This document shows, in pieces, positions 38,979 through 51,843 of a DNA stretch of 64,000 nt. The position numbers were made by a program, and so were the translations under genes. The notes beneath the pieces are model-generated. The model was not told where the DNA came from. It made no database searches and saw only the letters and a list, made by a program, of their open reading frames with translations. Position 1 is the stretch's first letter, and each line of letters opens with the position of its first letter. Source of the stretch: Octopus sinensis (lineage: Eukaryota). The DNA lies in the NCBI RefSeq assembly GCF_006345805.1, contig NC_042997.1, positions 63,798,001 through 63,862,000 on the forward strand, written 5' to 3'.

Positions 38979-40084
38979 TTGCTTAAATGTTATTTTATTC
39001 ATTTCTATTCCATCATGTTTTACATTTAAGCATTTCCTAATAGTTAAAACGTTGAAATAATAAGCAACATACCGGCATAAATAAAGCTATAAAGCGTATT
39101 TCACTATTAAAAAAACCCAGTTAAGTCAGTATTTATCAAAGTTTAATATATTAATTAAACTTTCTGACCTTTAAGATATTTTAGTGGATATTTATTAGAC
39201 TTCAGTTCAACTATAAACAGTTTTCAAGCATCATCTATTAATTATCCTAATCTTTCGTCTATTAAGTTTACTCAGTAATCAAGACATCAATAAATATGTA
39301 GCAAACTTTAACCATCCATAAATATTATCAATAAATCGATAGTAAGTATACATTATAATAAGCTTATAATAATATTTGTTATATCTCAACACTTAGTATA
39401 CAGATAAAATATTTTAGATATTGGTATATAGATGTAATTAAGCTACAACATCCAGTTTATTTATATGTTTTCTTTACATAATGATTCTAAGACACAGCAT
39501 TTTCAAAAGCATGCGATGCAACCTGTACTTGCTGAAAGTTGAGGTCAAATATATATTCATAGTTCAATAAAATTGGAGTCAAAACCTTGCAAAATGTTAT
39601 GCAAAACTGTTCCACAGTTATTGGCTGCCAGATATAATCATACATTGAAAATGTTCCTGCTACTGGATACGTATGAGGAATTTCACAATATCTGTCGAAT
39701 TTATTTAAATAAATAAATAAATTGTATAAAATGAAATAAATGATATTCTTTATTTAAAATCATTTAGAATTGTTTCTAGACATTTTTTACACTGCTAGTA
39801 CATTGATGAGATGTGTAATCATTATCATTAATCTTAATCCAAGGTGCAAAGTTCACCCTAAGATCATTGCTTGAATAAGTATTTCGTTAGACACCATCGT
39901 CATTTCACACAGAATTTTTCGGCTAGTGATCTATTTTACGCTTTGACTTCAAAACTCTGGTGGAACTGCTTTGACTTTCATGTATTCAGGGACGATAAAA
40001 TATAGAAACGTTGAAATAATGGATCGATTTTATCGACCAGTTCCATTTTGGTAAATTTGTGTCTAGTGACTATATCGTGCGCAT

Positions 40085-40708
40085 ATGTGTATGTATGTAT
40101 ATATGTACGTATGTATGTATGTATGTATGTATGTATGTATGTATGTATGTATGTATGTATGTACGTATGTAAGGATGGATGGATTGCTGGAAGTATGGAT
40201 GGATAGATAGATGTGTATAGTAAGGTAGGTATTTTGGTAGATAAGTTGGTAGGTAGGAAGGTAGGAATGTACGTAGGTAGGTATGTTCATAATGAAATAA
40301 CATTATACTTAATTACATATATAAGAATATACTGTGTGTATATAAAGAGTTCCTTCCTGCTCTAATGTGAATATCTGATAGCCAAATGTTATGTCATGTC
40401 AAGTGCAAGGAAGTGATATTTCAATAAAGACTTCTCGGCATCATTTTTTTCATGCGCCTCTTGATTTCCTGTTCCGTTAGATAAATATCAAAACATTATC
40501 TGAAAACCAATATTTTCACGCCCTAGTGTTTACGAAGAAAACGAAAGGAAAAAAGGAAAAAAGGAAACAAATATAACACTCCTTTAAAAGTCCTCATCAG
40601 AAAATACAGCGCTGTGTGTGTGTGCATGTATGTGTGTGTATGTGTGAGTATGTGCGTATGTGTGTATGTGTATATACATATATATATATATATACACACA
40701 TATATATA

Positions 40709-40750
<42 letters not shown>

Positions 40751-40765
40751 CATATACATGTACAT

Positions 40766-40820
<55 letters not shown>

Positions 40821-40892
40821 ATATATAATATATATATATATATATAATATATATAATATATATATATATATAATATATATATATATATACAT
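40085..40892. repeat. (TATG)n, (TG)n and (TA)n microsatellite blocks
   Basis: Directly visible at 40085-40290 and 40610-40892. Confidence 0.9.
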
Positions 40893-41056
40893 ATTGGAGA
40901 GTTAGACGTTGGAATAAAAAAATTGTATAAGTCAATTGTTGTTGATCAATATTTCTCCATTTTCTCTTTACCTTAAATTTATACAATATATATATATTAT
41001 ATATATGTTTATGTATCTATCTATCTATCTGTTAATCTGTCTGTCTATTTGTTTCC

Positions 41057-41089
<33 letters not shown>

Positions 41090-41090
41090 T

Positions 41091-41133
<43 letters not shown>

Positions 41134-41527
41134 ATTTCCTTTCATTTGTTTTATTTTTCTTGAAATACAGTGTGGAATATGCCATTCATTTTTTTTTTAC
41201 GGTTGTTTTCTGTCTGTTTTTCTTTTCGCTATGTGTTTACTAAAACCCCTAAGCTGTCAAAGAAGATTGAATGCATTACGAATGATATACAGTAAATGTT
41301 CAGTGAGTAAACGAGGAAGGTAAACAAGTAAATACTAAATACTGAAGCGTGAAAAAAAAATGTCTGAATGAAGCGGGTGACGCACAGATCAAATAAATAA
41401 GAAGTGAAAATGTGTAAATAAACTTAAAGGAAACAAAAATCAATAAACATCAATGTAGATTTTGTTCAATAGAGTATTCATTTAGAATATGAAGTGATCC
41501 TTTATGTTAAATCATAGACATAAGTAG

Positions 41528-41533
<6 letters not shown>

Positions 41534-41587
<54 letters not shown>

Positions 41588-41591
41588 TTAA

Positions 41592-41658
<67 letters not shown>

Positions 41659-41675
41659 GCAACAACAACAATAAT
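41534..41675. repeat. (TAA)n microsatellite
   Basis: Directly visible. Confidence 0.95.
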
Positions 41676-41690
41676 ATGAAGCAATAAATT

Positions 41691-42358
41691 ATCTCGTTTC
41701 GGGATGTCCTGTACTGACACCAAATGAATTTTAAAATTACCATGAAAGAGTAGAACACTATTTACATTGAAAAATATCTAAAAACTAGAAAATCTGAACT
41801 CCTGCTTACTGGCATCAACATCATTCTGAGCAAGTTGTTCAAAGTGAAAATGTCACTATTCGCTGTGATTTTTCGGTCAACACCAGCAGAACGATCCTGG
41901 CTAATCGACCAGATATAATAATTAGAGACAGTAGAACAAAATACTTGTAGACGAATAGATGTAAGTGTTCCTACTGATAAAATATATCCGTAAAGGAATT
42001 TGACAAATTATGTAAATATAAGGACCTGGAAATTGAAATACAAAAGATGTGTCATCGCAAATCGGCAACTGTTCCTGTTATTGTGTGTGGTATTGGGATA
42101 ATGAGAAAGGTATCTCAAAAATAACTTGGTATAATCCCCGGAGAACCATGTCTCCGAGATATCCAAAAGATTGCGCTGACAAGTACTGCCCACATCCTTA
42201 GGAAAATCCTATCAATTTAAATGTATGTGTTACTACCCCTGTCACATTCCCTCTCCAAGCTTTCAGTCATACTGTAACATCTATTATCCTTCACTCGTCC
42301 TAGGACGCTGGGTTGTGTTGGCGAGTGATTGTAACAAACGTGCAGATTAAAAGTAAAT
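41691..42358 (+). mobile_element. 5'-truncated R4/Dong-type non-LTR retrotransposon (end of CCHC finger, REL domain, 3' UTR)
   Basis: LVSGCPVLTPNEF...H..V..YLH...NVTIRCDFSVNTSRTILANRPDIIIRD...IDVSVPTD..ISVKEFDKLCKYKDLEIEIQKM...VPVIV...IQKIALTSTAHILRKILSI* with stop at 42218-42220. Several stops and frameshifts. Confidence 0.88.
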
Positions 42359-42359
42359 C

Positions 42360-42850
42360 TCTCGTGGCATTTGATCTTAACTAATTGGGAGTGTTATCAT
42401 GTGCATTATTATATGCTTAATACCAGATATTTGCTTGTCAGTTGATTGGGCTTAAATAGTTGAGCATGTCCCTTAGTGGCTGATGATCTGTGCATCTCTG
42501 ATCACGAGCAGAAATACTGGTGGATTATCATAACCATGTGTTGAGAGGAATTCTACGAGATTTGAATAATTCATCTCCGGAAATATGGTTGTTTGTTCAT
42601 CATCTTTGAACCAACTTCAGGGTTCTTTTGAGCAGAATGGGCTAATCATCCTAGAGAAAATTCTAACTAGGTCCCACCTGCAAGGTCATGCGCTGTTTAT
42701 CTTGATATAAGATCACCATGTCGCGTACATATGGTTATGATGCCTGTGCCTGGTGTTCTCTTATCAGACGGGTAGTCATCTTGGGCATACTGGGCTTCGC
42801 ATATCTTACTCCAGTGTCACCTTGATGACATGCACTGCTCTCTCACTCAA
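42360..42850 (+). mobile_element. ~490-bp interspersed repeat ending in a (TAA)n tail (SINE or LINE 3' UTR)
   Basis: GC-richer block between two R4 fragments that runs directly into (TAA)n. It matches an octopus repeat I recall, but there is no second copy in the window. Confidence 0.4.
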
Positions 42851-42867
42851 TAATGATGATGATGATG

Positions 42868-42901
<34 letters not shown>

Positions 42902-42930
42902 TAATAATAATAATGATGATGATGATGATG

Positions 42931-42983
<53 letters not shown>
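42849..42983. repeat. (TAA)n/(TGA)n repeat
   Basis: Directly visible. It explains the poly-D/N part of ORF 42753-43217. Confidence 0.95.
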
Positions 42984-43342
42984 TGCGTAATCCACCACTG
43001 TCGGCCGGATAGTGTCATATTGAATAAGAGAGACATATACTGCCAGACTATTGATGTAGCCATACCAAATGACATGAATGCTGTGACTGAAGAGGTTGAA
43101 AAAATCACCAAGTACTCCGAATTGGAAGTGGAAATGGCAAGACTGTATGGAATGCGAGAGGTTAATGTAAATGTGAGACCAGTAGTGATCGGAGCGTTGA
43201 GCTCAATCTCTTCTTAAGGCAACTGGAAATCTCATGCACGGTTGATGTCTTGCAAAAAGCAGACATCGCACATCTTATTTTTGTGACTTGACAGATGACT
43301 AAAGACTCCGGTGCATTTTTAGCTACACTGTATTACGAAGGA
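42984..43342 (+). mobile_element. 5'-truncated R4/Dong-type fragment (REL domain), second subfamily
   Basis: VIHHCRPDSVILNKRDIYCQTIDVAIPNDMNAVTEEVEKITKYSELEVEMARLYG...VRPVVIGALSSI shows the RPD..D..E..K..KY pattern. Flanked on both sides by TAA-type repeats. Confidence 0.88.
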
Positions 43343-43351
43343 ATGATGATG

Positions 43352-43443
<92 letters not shown>

Positions 43444-43480
43444 CAACAAAAACAACAACAACAACAACAACAATAATAAT
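43343..43480. repeat. (TAA)n/(CAA)n repeat
   Basis: Directly visible. Confidence 0.95.
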
Positions 43481-43687
43481 CCTTTCTACTAAAGATACAA
43501 GGCCTGGAATTTGTGGGAGGAAGATAGTCGATTTCATCGACCCTAACACTTGTCTGTTACATTATCGACTCCGAAAGGCTGAAACGCAAAGTGGACCTCG
43601 GCGAAATATGAACCCAGAAAGTAATGATGGACGAAATACCGCTAAGCATTTCACCCGGCGTGCTAGCGGTCCTGCCATCTCGCCGCC
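43481..43687 (-). mobile_element. SINE family 2, full length
   Basis: Minus strand ggcggcgagatggcagga...gcacgccgggtgaaatgcttagcggtatttcgtc...gggttcatatttcgccgaggtc... ends in an (ATT)n tail. Confidence 0.85.
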
Positions 43688-44169
43688 GTATATATAATAA
43701 TAATAGTAAAAGTGGCATGCCTATGCCCAAATCTTGTATAAATTAGAGCTGCAGAAAGTCTGCGGTTGAATAAAATACGTGAACCGATAACTAGATAATA
43801 ATAGTAGGAACAAAAATTACAATGAGTTTTAACTAACAGAAATGATGGTGTGACACAGTTATATAATGATAACGTAACCGCGCAGTTGGTGCTTAACATC
43901 TAGGCTCCGTAAAGATGAAAGGTAAAAAAATTAACAGAACAGAAAATTCAGAACTACAAGATAAATGATAATAGAAATGATGATGGTCAGAATGATCACA
44001 ATGATAATGAAGATAAAGATTTATGGAAACTGTTTTATCAGCTACAGATCAATGGCACTATCGATTTTTTCTTCACAAGTAAACTGACGCAAATATTGCC
44101 ATTCAGATAGAGACGTAGACACACCGAACATACGTACATATAATCCTCATACGGGCACTACTTACGCGT

Positions 44170-44219
44170 GCATGCATGTATATTTTTATGTATGTATGTA
44201 CATACGTACATACATATGC

Positions 44220-44250
<31 letters not shown>

Positions 44251-44284
44251 TGTATGTATGTATGTATGTAGGTATGTATGTATG

Positions 44285-44335
<51 letters not shown>

Positions 44336-44351
44336 ATATCTATATATATAT

Positions 44352-44395
<44 letters not shown>

Positions 44396-44410
44396 TGTAT
44401 GTGTGTGTGT
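44170..44410. repeat. (TATG)n/(TCTA)n/(TA)n microsatellite
   Basis: Directly visible. Confidence 0.95.
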
Positions 44411-44770
44411 GAATATGGGTATACTTCGGAACACATACATTTCTTAATGCTTAATAAATTATTCGCCTGCATATGATTAATATTCGAGTTTAATTTTGTG
44501 TGCGGTTGTGTGCGAGTTTGTCAGTTAATGTGTGTTAGTATGTGCACCTGTGTGCGCGCCTGCGAATTCACAAATGTATATGTACGCACAAGTGCACGTT
44601 GATATAACATTTATTGAGCGTTTGTCATACGCATTTTAATCTTTGCCTTTTACTTCATACTGCGAATTATCTACACTGAATGTCTATGTATAGGTCATTA
44701 CGGCGTCGTCGTCATCCTCCTCCTCATCATGATCATCAACAGCAGCGTAATTATCATTATCACAGCCATG

Positions 44771-44955
44771 CTTTTATTCTTTTATTTGTTTCAGTTATTT
44801 GACTTGAGGCCATGCTGGAGTCCCGCCTTTTCTCGAACAGAACGACCCCAGGATCCTATCGATCTCTGTTGCCGAACCGCTTAGCTACAGGGACGTAAAC
44901 ACACCAACATCGGTTGTCAAGCGATAGTGTTGGAGAACAAACATTGACGCACAAC
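44771..44955 (-). mobile_element. SINE family 1, 3' half
   Basis: ttgtttcagttatttgac..ggccatgctggag...gacgtaaacacaccaacatcggttgtcaagcg is homologous to 5830-6011. Confidence 0.8.
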
Positions 44956-46764
44956 ATCGCTCTATAACAACGTCCAATAATCTGGTCGATTCGGTGATAC
45001 GACGATATATATTTATATCTATGTCTACACAACGTAGCCTGTACACCATTTGGTATTCGTTAATGAAAGGACGTGATGAGGCACCAATATATCACTGGAT
45101 TAGAGACACATTCACTTGTAGGACAAGTACACCACTCTGTGTCTGAGTGTCTGGCCGTTGGTCTGGTTGTCTGGTTATCTGTCAATCACACAGTATCTAT
45201 CTTCAAAAAGTGGTTTCAAATTTAGGCACAAGACCAGCGATTATTGATATTTAAAAGAGTTTAAATTTTCTTAGTACCGTTGCTTATAATTAGCAGTAGC
45301 TGCCACATAAACTATAGCAGAGTGTTACTGTATACCTAGGGCCAAGCACATATATACTAAATTAAATCTTTTGCCGTAGGCTTGTAATGCACAGTTATTT
45401 CGTATTTCGAAGTTAGAATTAAAGTTATTTAGTTTAGGTTTTTTTTCTATTAAATATATCTTTAATAGTGAAATATTATTTTCATATATTGAATGATTTA
45501 GTTTTAATAAGTATTATGATACTTGCAATAAAATTATTGATAATTGTAATAAAGTGGAAATATATTGCATAATAACTTCAGCTTGCAATGATAGCATTGC
45601 AGGTAAAGACGATTGATTGTTTATGCATCAAAAGAGAAGAACAATGGTGCAGCATAATGTTATAATTAGCTATATCCAAGGTAAATCGAATGCACAATTT
45701 AATGCAGTACACAGAATAATACACGTGCAATAAAATGTATTATATTCTTAGTACCCTTTCAACTATAGGTATTGTATATAGGGAAGTCTATATTTTGAAA
45801 GATATCATATTCCATTCCTTTCTAATACAGTAGCGTAAACAATGCGCATAGCTGAGCAAAAGTATTTGTTTCGGTTTCAACAATTAGAAACGCATTCATT
45901 TTCGTGACAATTGATTCTTCTGCCAAATTAATCAAGTAACTAATTTGGATTTAAGCAGGTTTAAAACTGGCACATAATCTCGGCTTTTCAGGAGATTATA
46001 TTTTCGTATATTAATGCATGTCACTATAAGTGAATATTATGAACAGATTTGTATTGCAAATAAATCAGATCGTCTGAAATAAAATTCGAATGTAGTACTA
46101 AATTCGGTCGGAAATATTAGCACAGAGTAAACCTGAATTGTGCCAAACATCGGTAAAATAGGTAATCAAGTAATATCGTATAAATGTATTTGTTGTACAT
46201 TAAAAAATATATTTAATGCAAAAAAACCTTCATATACATTTGGTTTCCACCAAATAACCTCAGCCTCGTAGTTAAAGACAGAAATACAGAACAGGTTTTA
46301 AATGATCAGCGGAAGGCCCAGAGACGGACATAGACGCCACTCTAGGAAAAATAAGAAACACATTGATTAACAAAAAAAAAAAAACGTTCCACCATATAGT
46401 ATACGTCTAAGGTACGTGAACAACATCAGCTCAGCTTCTCAAGTATTCTGCAGAGTAACATCAATGAAAACGTCACCCTTAACAAATCTCCAGTAGTCTA
46501 ACAATCGATCACCAACCCATACAGTTTTTCTACTCTAGATAGAACAACGAAGATCATCATGGATTTATCATGTGAACAAACAGTTTTACTTTCTCTTCCT
46601 GAACGTCCCACGCATAATAAATATGAATGAAGTTAGTCATTTGTGTATTAATATTTCAGTAGGATATTTTTTATACTCTATTATTATTCTTGAATGGAAA
46701 CGAATTTTAGGGCAATTAGCCAAAGTGTTTTCCCATATCTCACTCTCTCTCCCCCTGCCTCTCT

Positions 46765-46800
46765 CTATCTATCTATCTATCTGTGCATTTATCTATCTAC

Positions 46801-46843
<43 letters not shown>

Positions 46844-46845
46844 AC

Positions 46846-46894
<49 letters not shown>

Positions 46895-47064
46895 GTGTGT
46901 GTGTAATTATGTATAAAGGGAGAGAGAGAGACAAACACACACACACACACATATACGCATGACTGAGTGGGTGTACATGTGTGCCTGTAATTGCCTGAGT
47001 ATGCGTGTCTGTATGTGTTTGCGGATGTAGTGTATATATGTGCGCGCGCGTGTGTGCATATATT

Positions 47065-47103
<39 letters not shown>

Positions 47104-47143
47104 ATATATATATATATAATATCCTTATGTAGGTACTTTTTTT

Positions 47144-47184
<41 letters not shown>

Positions 47185-47190
47185 GTAAAT
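46765..47190. repeat. (TA)n/(CA)n/(TG)n microsatellite cluster
   Basis: Directly visible. Confidence 0.9.
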
Positions 47191-48951
47191 TGATGATTGT
47201 TTTCAGATTGGATTGGAATTTATTTCCCTAAAAATAGTTGTGCAGAAACAGCATTCTGACATTTTTCAGTCGATCGAATTTATGTTTTCCTTTTGTTTGA
47301 TATTTGTTATTTTGTGTTTGCGCATATACTTACACCATCCAGTCACTTTCCTCTTTCCTCTCTTTTTCTCTGTAGACACAAATATACACGCACGCACGCA
47401 CATACACACACGCAAGCATACACGCATGCACACATACACAGGCATATTCAATATGATTGGAACATGTTAAATTTTCGATATGACCGCTGTGGTCTTTTTT
47501 CAAAGTACACTATATAATCCACAGCAACCGTACTAATTTGACTTTGTAAATAGCAAGTGAATTCATTGTCCCTGTGAGAATATTCGATTTCACCACAGTT
47601 TAACTACTAAACCTTTAGTGAATTTGATTCACTAAACATTTTCTCGTGTTCAGATGGTTTCAGTATAGTACATGTTCGCTGTATTCATCTCTCCGCAATG
47701 CAGAATTAATAGACAACAATTACAAGCCATGAGTGTTCGTTTCTTTCACACACTTGCACGAACGTGCGCCCAAATACAGACACAGACACACATACACACA
47801 GAAACACACACTTATTTGATGATACAAATAACAGAAATATATCTTCATATTTAAGAGGTAGCATACTTTACGATTTAGCTATAAATCTAAATAATATAGT
47901 CTATAAAACATTTATTTCGCTAAGTTTAACACACAATACTCTCGAACATTCAATCATTTATATGGTTTTACAATTCTCTTTCCCTGTCTCTTCTTCTCTA
48001 TCACTCTGTCTATCTATCTAATCTCTGTCTCCTCAACATATGTATATATATATATATGTGTGTGTGTGGGTGTGGGTGTGTATACACGCATACGCACGCA
48101 CACGCACGCACACGCGCACACTCACACACAAGCCTTCAATTATCTGGATGTTTACCTCTAAAAACACTGGCGCAATCTGCGATTATCTGAAATTATCTAA
48201 AGGAGAAAAGCTTTCGAGGAATCTCAAATTTCAAGCAGAAAGCTCTTAAAGCTCCCTTCTGTTTCGAAGTATAAATATAGGAATGAAAGGAGTGTGAAGT
48301 TTTCTGACAATATGATTATTAAATGATTTACAATTGTTTCAACATATTGCACGCAATTCATCGCATGTTGATGAAACAATTATAAACCAAGGAATAAATA
48401 TAATCCTATCAGCTCCACTCTTCACACATGCGCACAAACACACACACACATATACATGTATATATGTGTGTGTGCATAATGTTATACATAGGAATTACAG
48501 GGAACCCATAATTGGCGAGACAGATCTATCTCCATGAGGTAATAATATAATAAAGGTATTATTGTCCCCAATTTTGCTTACTAAAATAGTAATAATAATA
48601 ATTTATATTACCCAGAATTATTTAAAGATAATGGTCACTAAACGGCAATAGTTAGCCAATATCCGCATATACGATTTAGGTTACAAAGTCACCTGCAACC
48701 CATTTTTAAACTCAATACAAGACATCTCTGGAGCTAAATAATTTATTGATGTACGGACACTTTGTTCACTTGTTCACTATCATCTTTTAAATCTTATGCA
48801 GTTCTTGCAGATTCTTTTTCTCCCAGGTACCGTGATCATTTGTAGCATATACATTAAGGATTCGAATTCTCTCCTCGACATCCTAATTTCGGCCATACTT
48901 GCATGTATATATGTATGTATGGATGCGCGTATGCATGTACACATAAATGTG

Positions 48952-48982
<31 letters not shown>

Positions 48983-49105
48983 GTATCTATAAGTGATTAC
49001 GTACATATTAGTTATGATATATATAACATATATACGACATATATTAACTTTTTCGACATACCTACATCAATATATGCACATACGTACGCGCATATATCAT
49101 AAATG

Positions 49106-49160
<55 letters not shown>

Positions 49161-50084
49161 GTGTGTGTGTGTGTGTATGCATACATCCGTACATACATAC
49201 ATACATACATATTTTCCTTTTATATATTAATGTGTGATACGAACAGGTCTTCCGTTCCTATTTCAAGCTGGTAAATCGACCAGCTAAAGGTTCCTCTATT
49301 GGCCCAGAATATTTTTTCATGTCGTTGTTCCTTGAACCTCCTCGGCCATGCTCACATAGGCGTGTTATTAATGAACCGCCGTTCTCTTTCATTTAGACAT
49401 ATCACACATCACATTTTATAACCCAATGTATCTGTTTTCTTTCTTAGACTTAGGACCGATTGAAGTGAAATTTGTCTTTTAATTCGAAGAATTTTGTTGA
49501 ATGAAGCAAAATTTTCTCATACACATATTTTAAAAATTATTTGGCAGAACAATATGTTATAGAATAAGTGATTAATATTATCATAGTAATACAAGAATTT
49601 TCCCTCTATAGACTATTACATTATTGGTTAGGTATAATAAAGGCAGAGGGTGAATAAATAAATGGTCTTAAGCTATATGTGTTTAAGTACATACATTAAA
49701 ATCTAATCAAGGCATAATACGGTATGATAAAAATGCAAAAAGAAGTAAATAAACAAATAAAAAATATCTAAATAAAAGACACAGGTACAATAAACATTGT
49801 AAGGAAACATATATACATGCACTCGAAACACACATACACACAAATATAGATACAATCACATGCATAGATAAGGATACACGCCACAGAATGTACTATATAA
49901 AACAGGAGGACACTCGTGTGTTGGAAAATCGTTGAAGATGTTACAGGATGTGCAAATAAATGAATCTAAAATAAAAACAATAATAAATCTGAAGTAAAAA
50001 CCAAGTATATAGTGCGCGTGGTGGTTAAATGGCATAAAATATGACCGTCCCCAAATATTGAAATATGTGTGTATGTGCGTGCGT

Positions 50085-50094
50085 TAGTGTGTGC

Positions 50095-50161
<67 letters not shown>

Positions 50162-50285
50162 TTACGCATATGCATGTATCGGTATCTCTATCGATCTATC
50201 TATCTATCTATCTATCTCTCTATTTATCTATCTATCTATCTATCTATCTATATATCTATATATCTATCTATCTATCTATCTATTC
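50085..50285. repeat. (TA)n/(TCTA)n microsatellite
   Basis: Directly visible. Confidence 0.95.
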
Positions 50286-51793
50286 ATCCATATAGATCCT
50301 TTGTACATATGTAAATTACTGTACAGATGAAGCCACGGGCAGGTTAAAGGCAACATGAAGTTGCTGTACCGTAAACAACTTCTGTGTGTTTATCCCTGGA
50401 CAAGCTGTGACAATCCGTTCCTTTTTTACAGAATACTTTTCCTCTTTGTGAATTCGTTAGAACATTATGCAATTTATCTTTTGCCTGATATTTCAAAAAA
50501 GACGCGCTTTTGCGTGAGATTTCTCTTTGACTTCACAAACAAAATAATTTAACCAATCCGTTATTTGTTTAAATCCTACTTCGCACATACCATTAACCAA
50601 TTAAAACGATATAACTTTTTCTGTCAAATGATATTTTTAACCACACTGTGATAATTTCTTTACTCTTAATTAGGTCATTATGCGTACTATGCCATATCAC
50701 CTAATCGAAGACGTTTGGCTTTGATAATGAAGTATATTGTTCATAACTAAATTAAATTATAATAGTTAATTAGTGTTTTAAGCTTTTGTTTTTCAGAATA
50801 TGGATCATATCCTGTGCAATAATTTATGCACCATTTCACACTTTATGCACCGTTATCTACAACATATCACAAATCAATAATAATTACAAAATGTACTATG
50901 CACGGAGTACAAGACAAATTTAATCATGTGTAGTTAGACCTATGATATATTTATGCTATGTTAAGCATCGGTTTATATCAGATTTTAATTAAATTTTCCT
51001 GCAGACACACAAATACGCGCATGTACTGGTTCAGAAAAATACAGTTAGGTCAATTTGATTGCTGCCGGTAACATATACCCCAGCACAACCCAAATGTGAT
51101 CTGGTTGTGGTTAACTAAGGGACTAAAACGGCATGGAAACTGATTAGACAACTGAGGAGTGTTGCCAAAAGACCAGCCCGATAAATGCAAGGCCTATCGA
51201 AAGGACATATACACCCAACATAAGATCAACTTTAACCTAGGAATAGTGTACAGATACATAAAAATACTCTAGATGTTGAACAAACGTGAGGGAAGGGCCA
51301 TGGAAAGTAATGGAGTAAAAACTGAGTATATAAATTGTTTAACAATGGAAATGTGATTGGTTTAGTAAACGTTATATTATATTATATATAACAATATATT
51401 ATATATTTGTATTAGTTTAATCTTGTGATCTCTTTGAAATATATTTATATTTTATTTTTTATTATAAATAATTGATATTATAGAAGTAGGTCTTGGGAAT
51501 ATATTATTCGTATGCGTTAGCCAGTGTAACTAATTTCATGACAATTGACGATTTGAATTTATGTTAGTTTGATGGAACAAGTTTAACAAATTGAAAATAT
51601 GCGATAATAATCTGGTAGAAGGGCGGTCTCACACCAAAAGGTAGTATTTGGTGGGTGGAATGTGAGGGGGTTACCTTAGAACACCATTGGTCGAAAGCGG
51701 ATGTTGTCATAGATCAAACTAGCAAAATTTAGTTTCAAATACATGTCTATGTATCACTCTATCTAACAGTCATACCCCACCATATATATATAT

Positions 51794-51843
<50 letters not shown>

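Noticed and set aside
47614-47636. 10-bp stem hairpin tttagtgaat-ttg-attcactaaa
   Set aside because: It is isolated, AT-rich and too short for a MITE or pre-miRNA.
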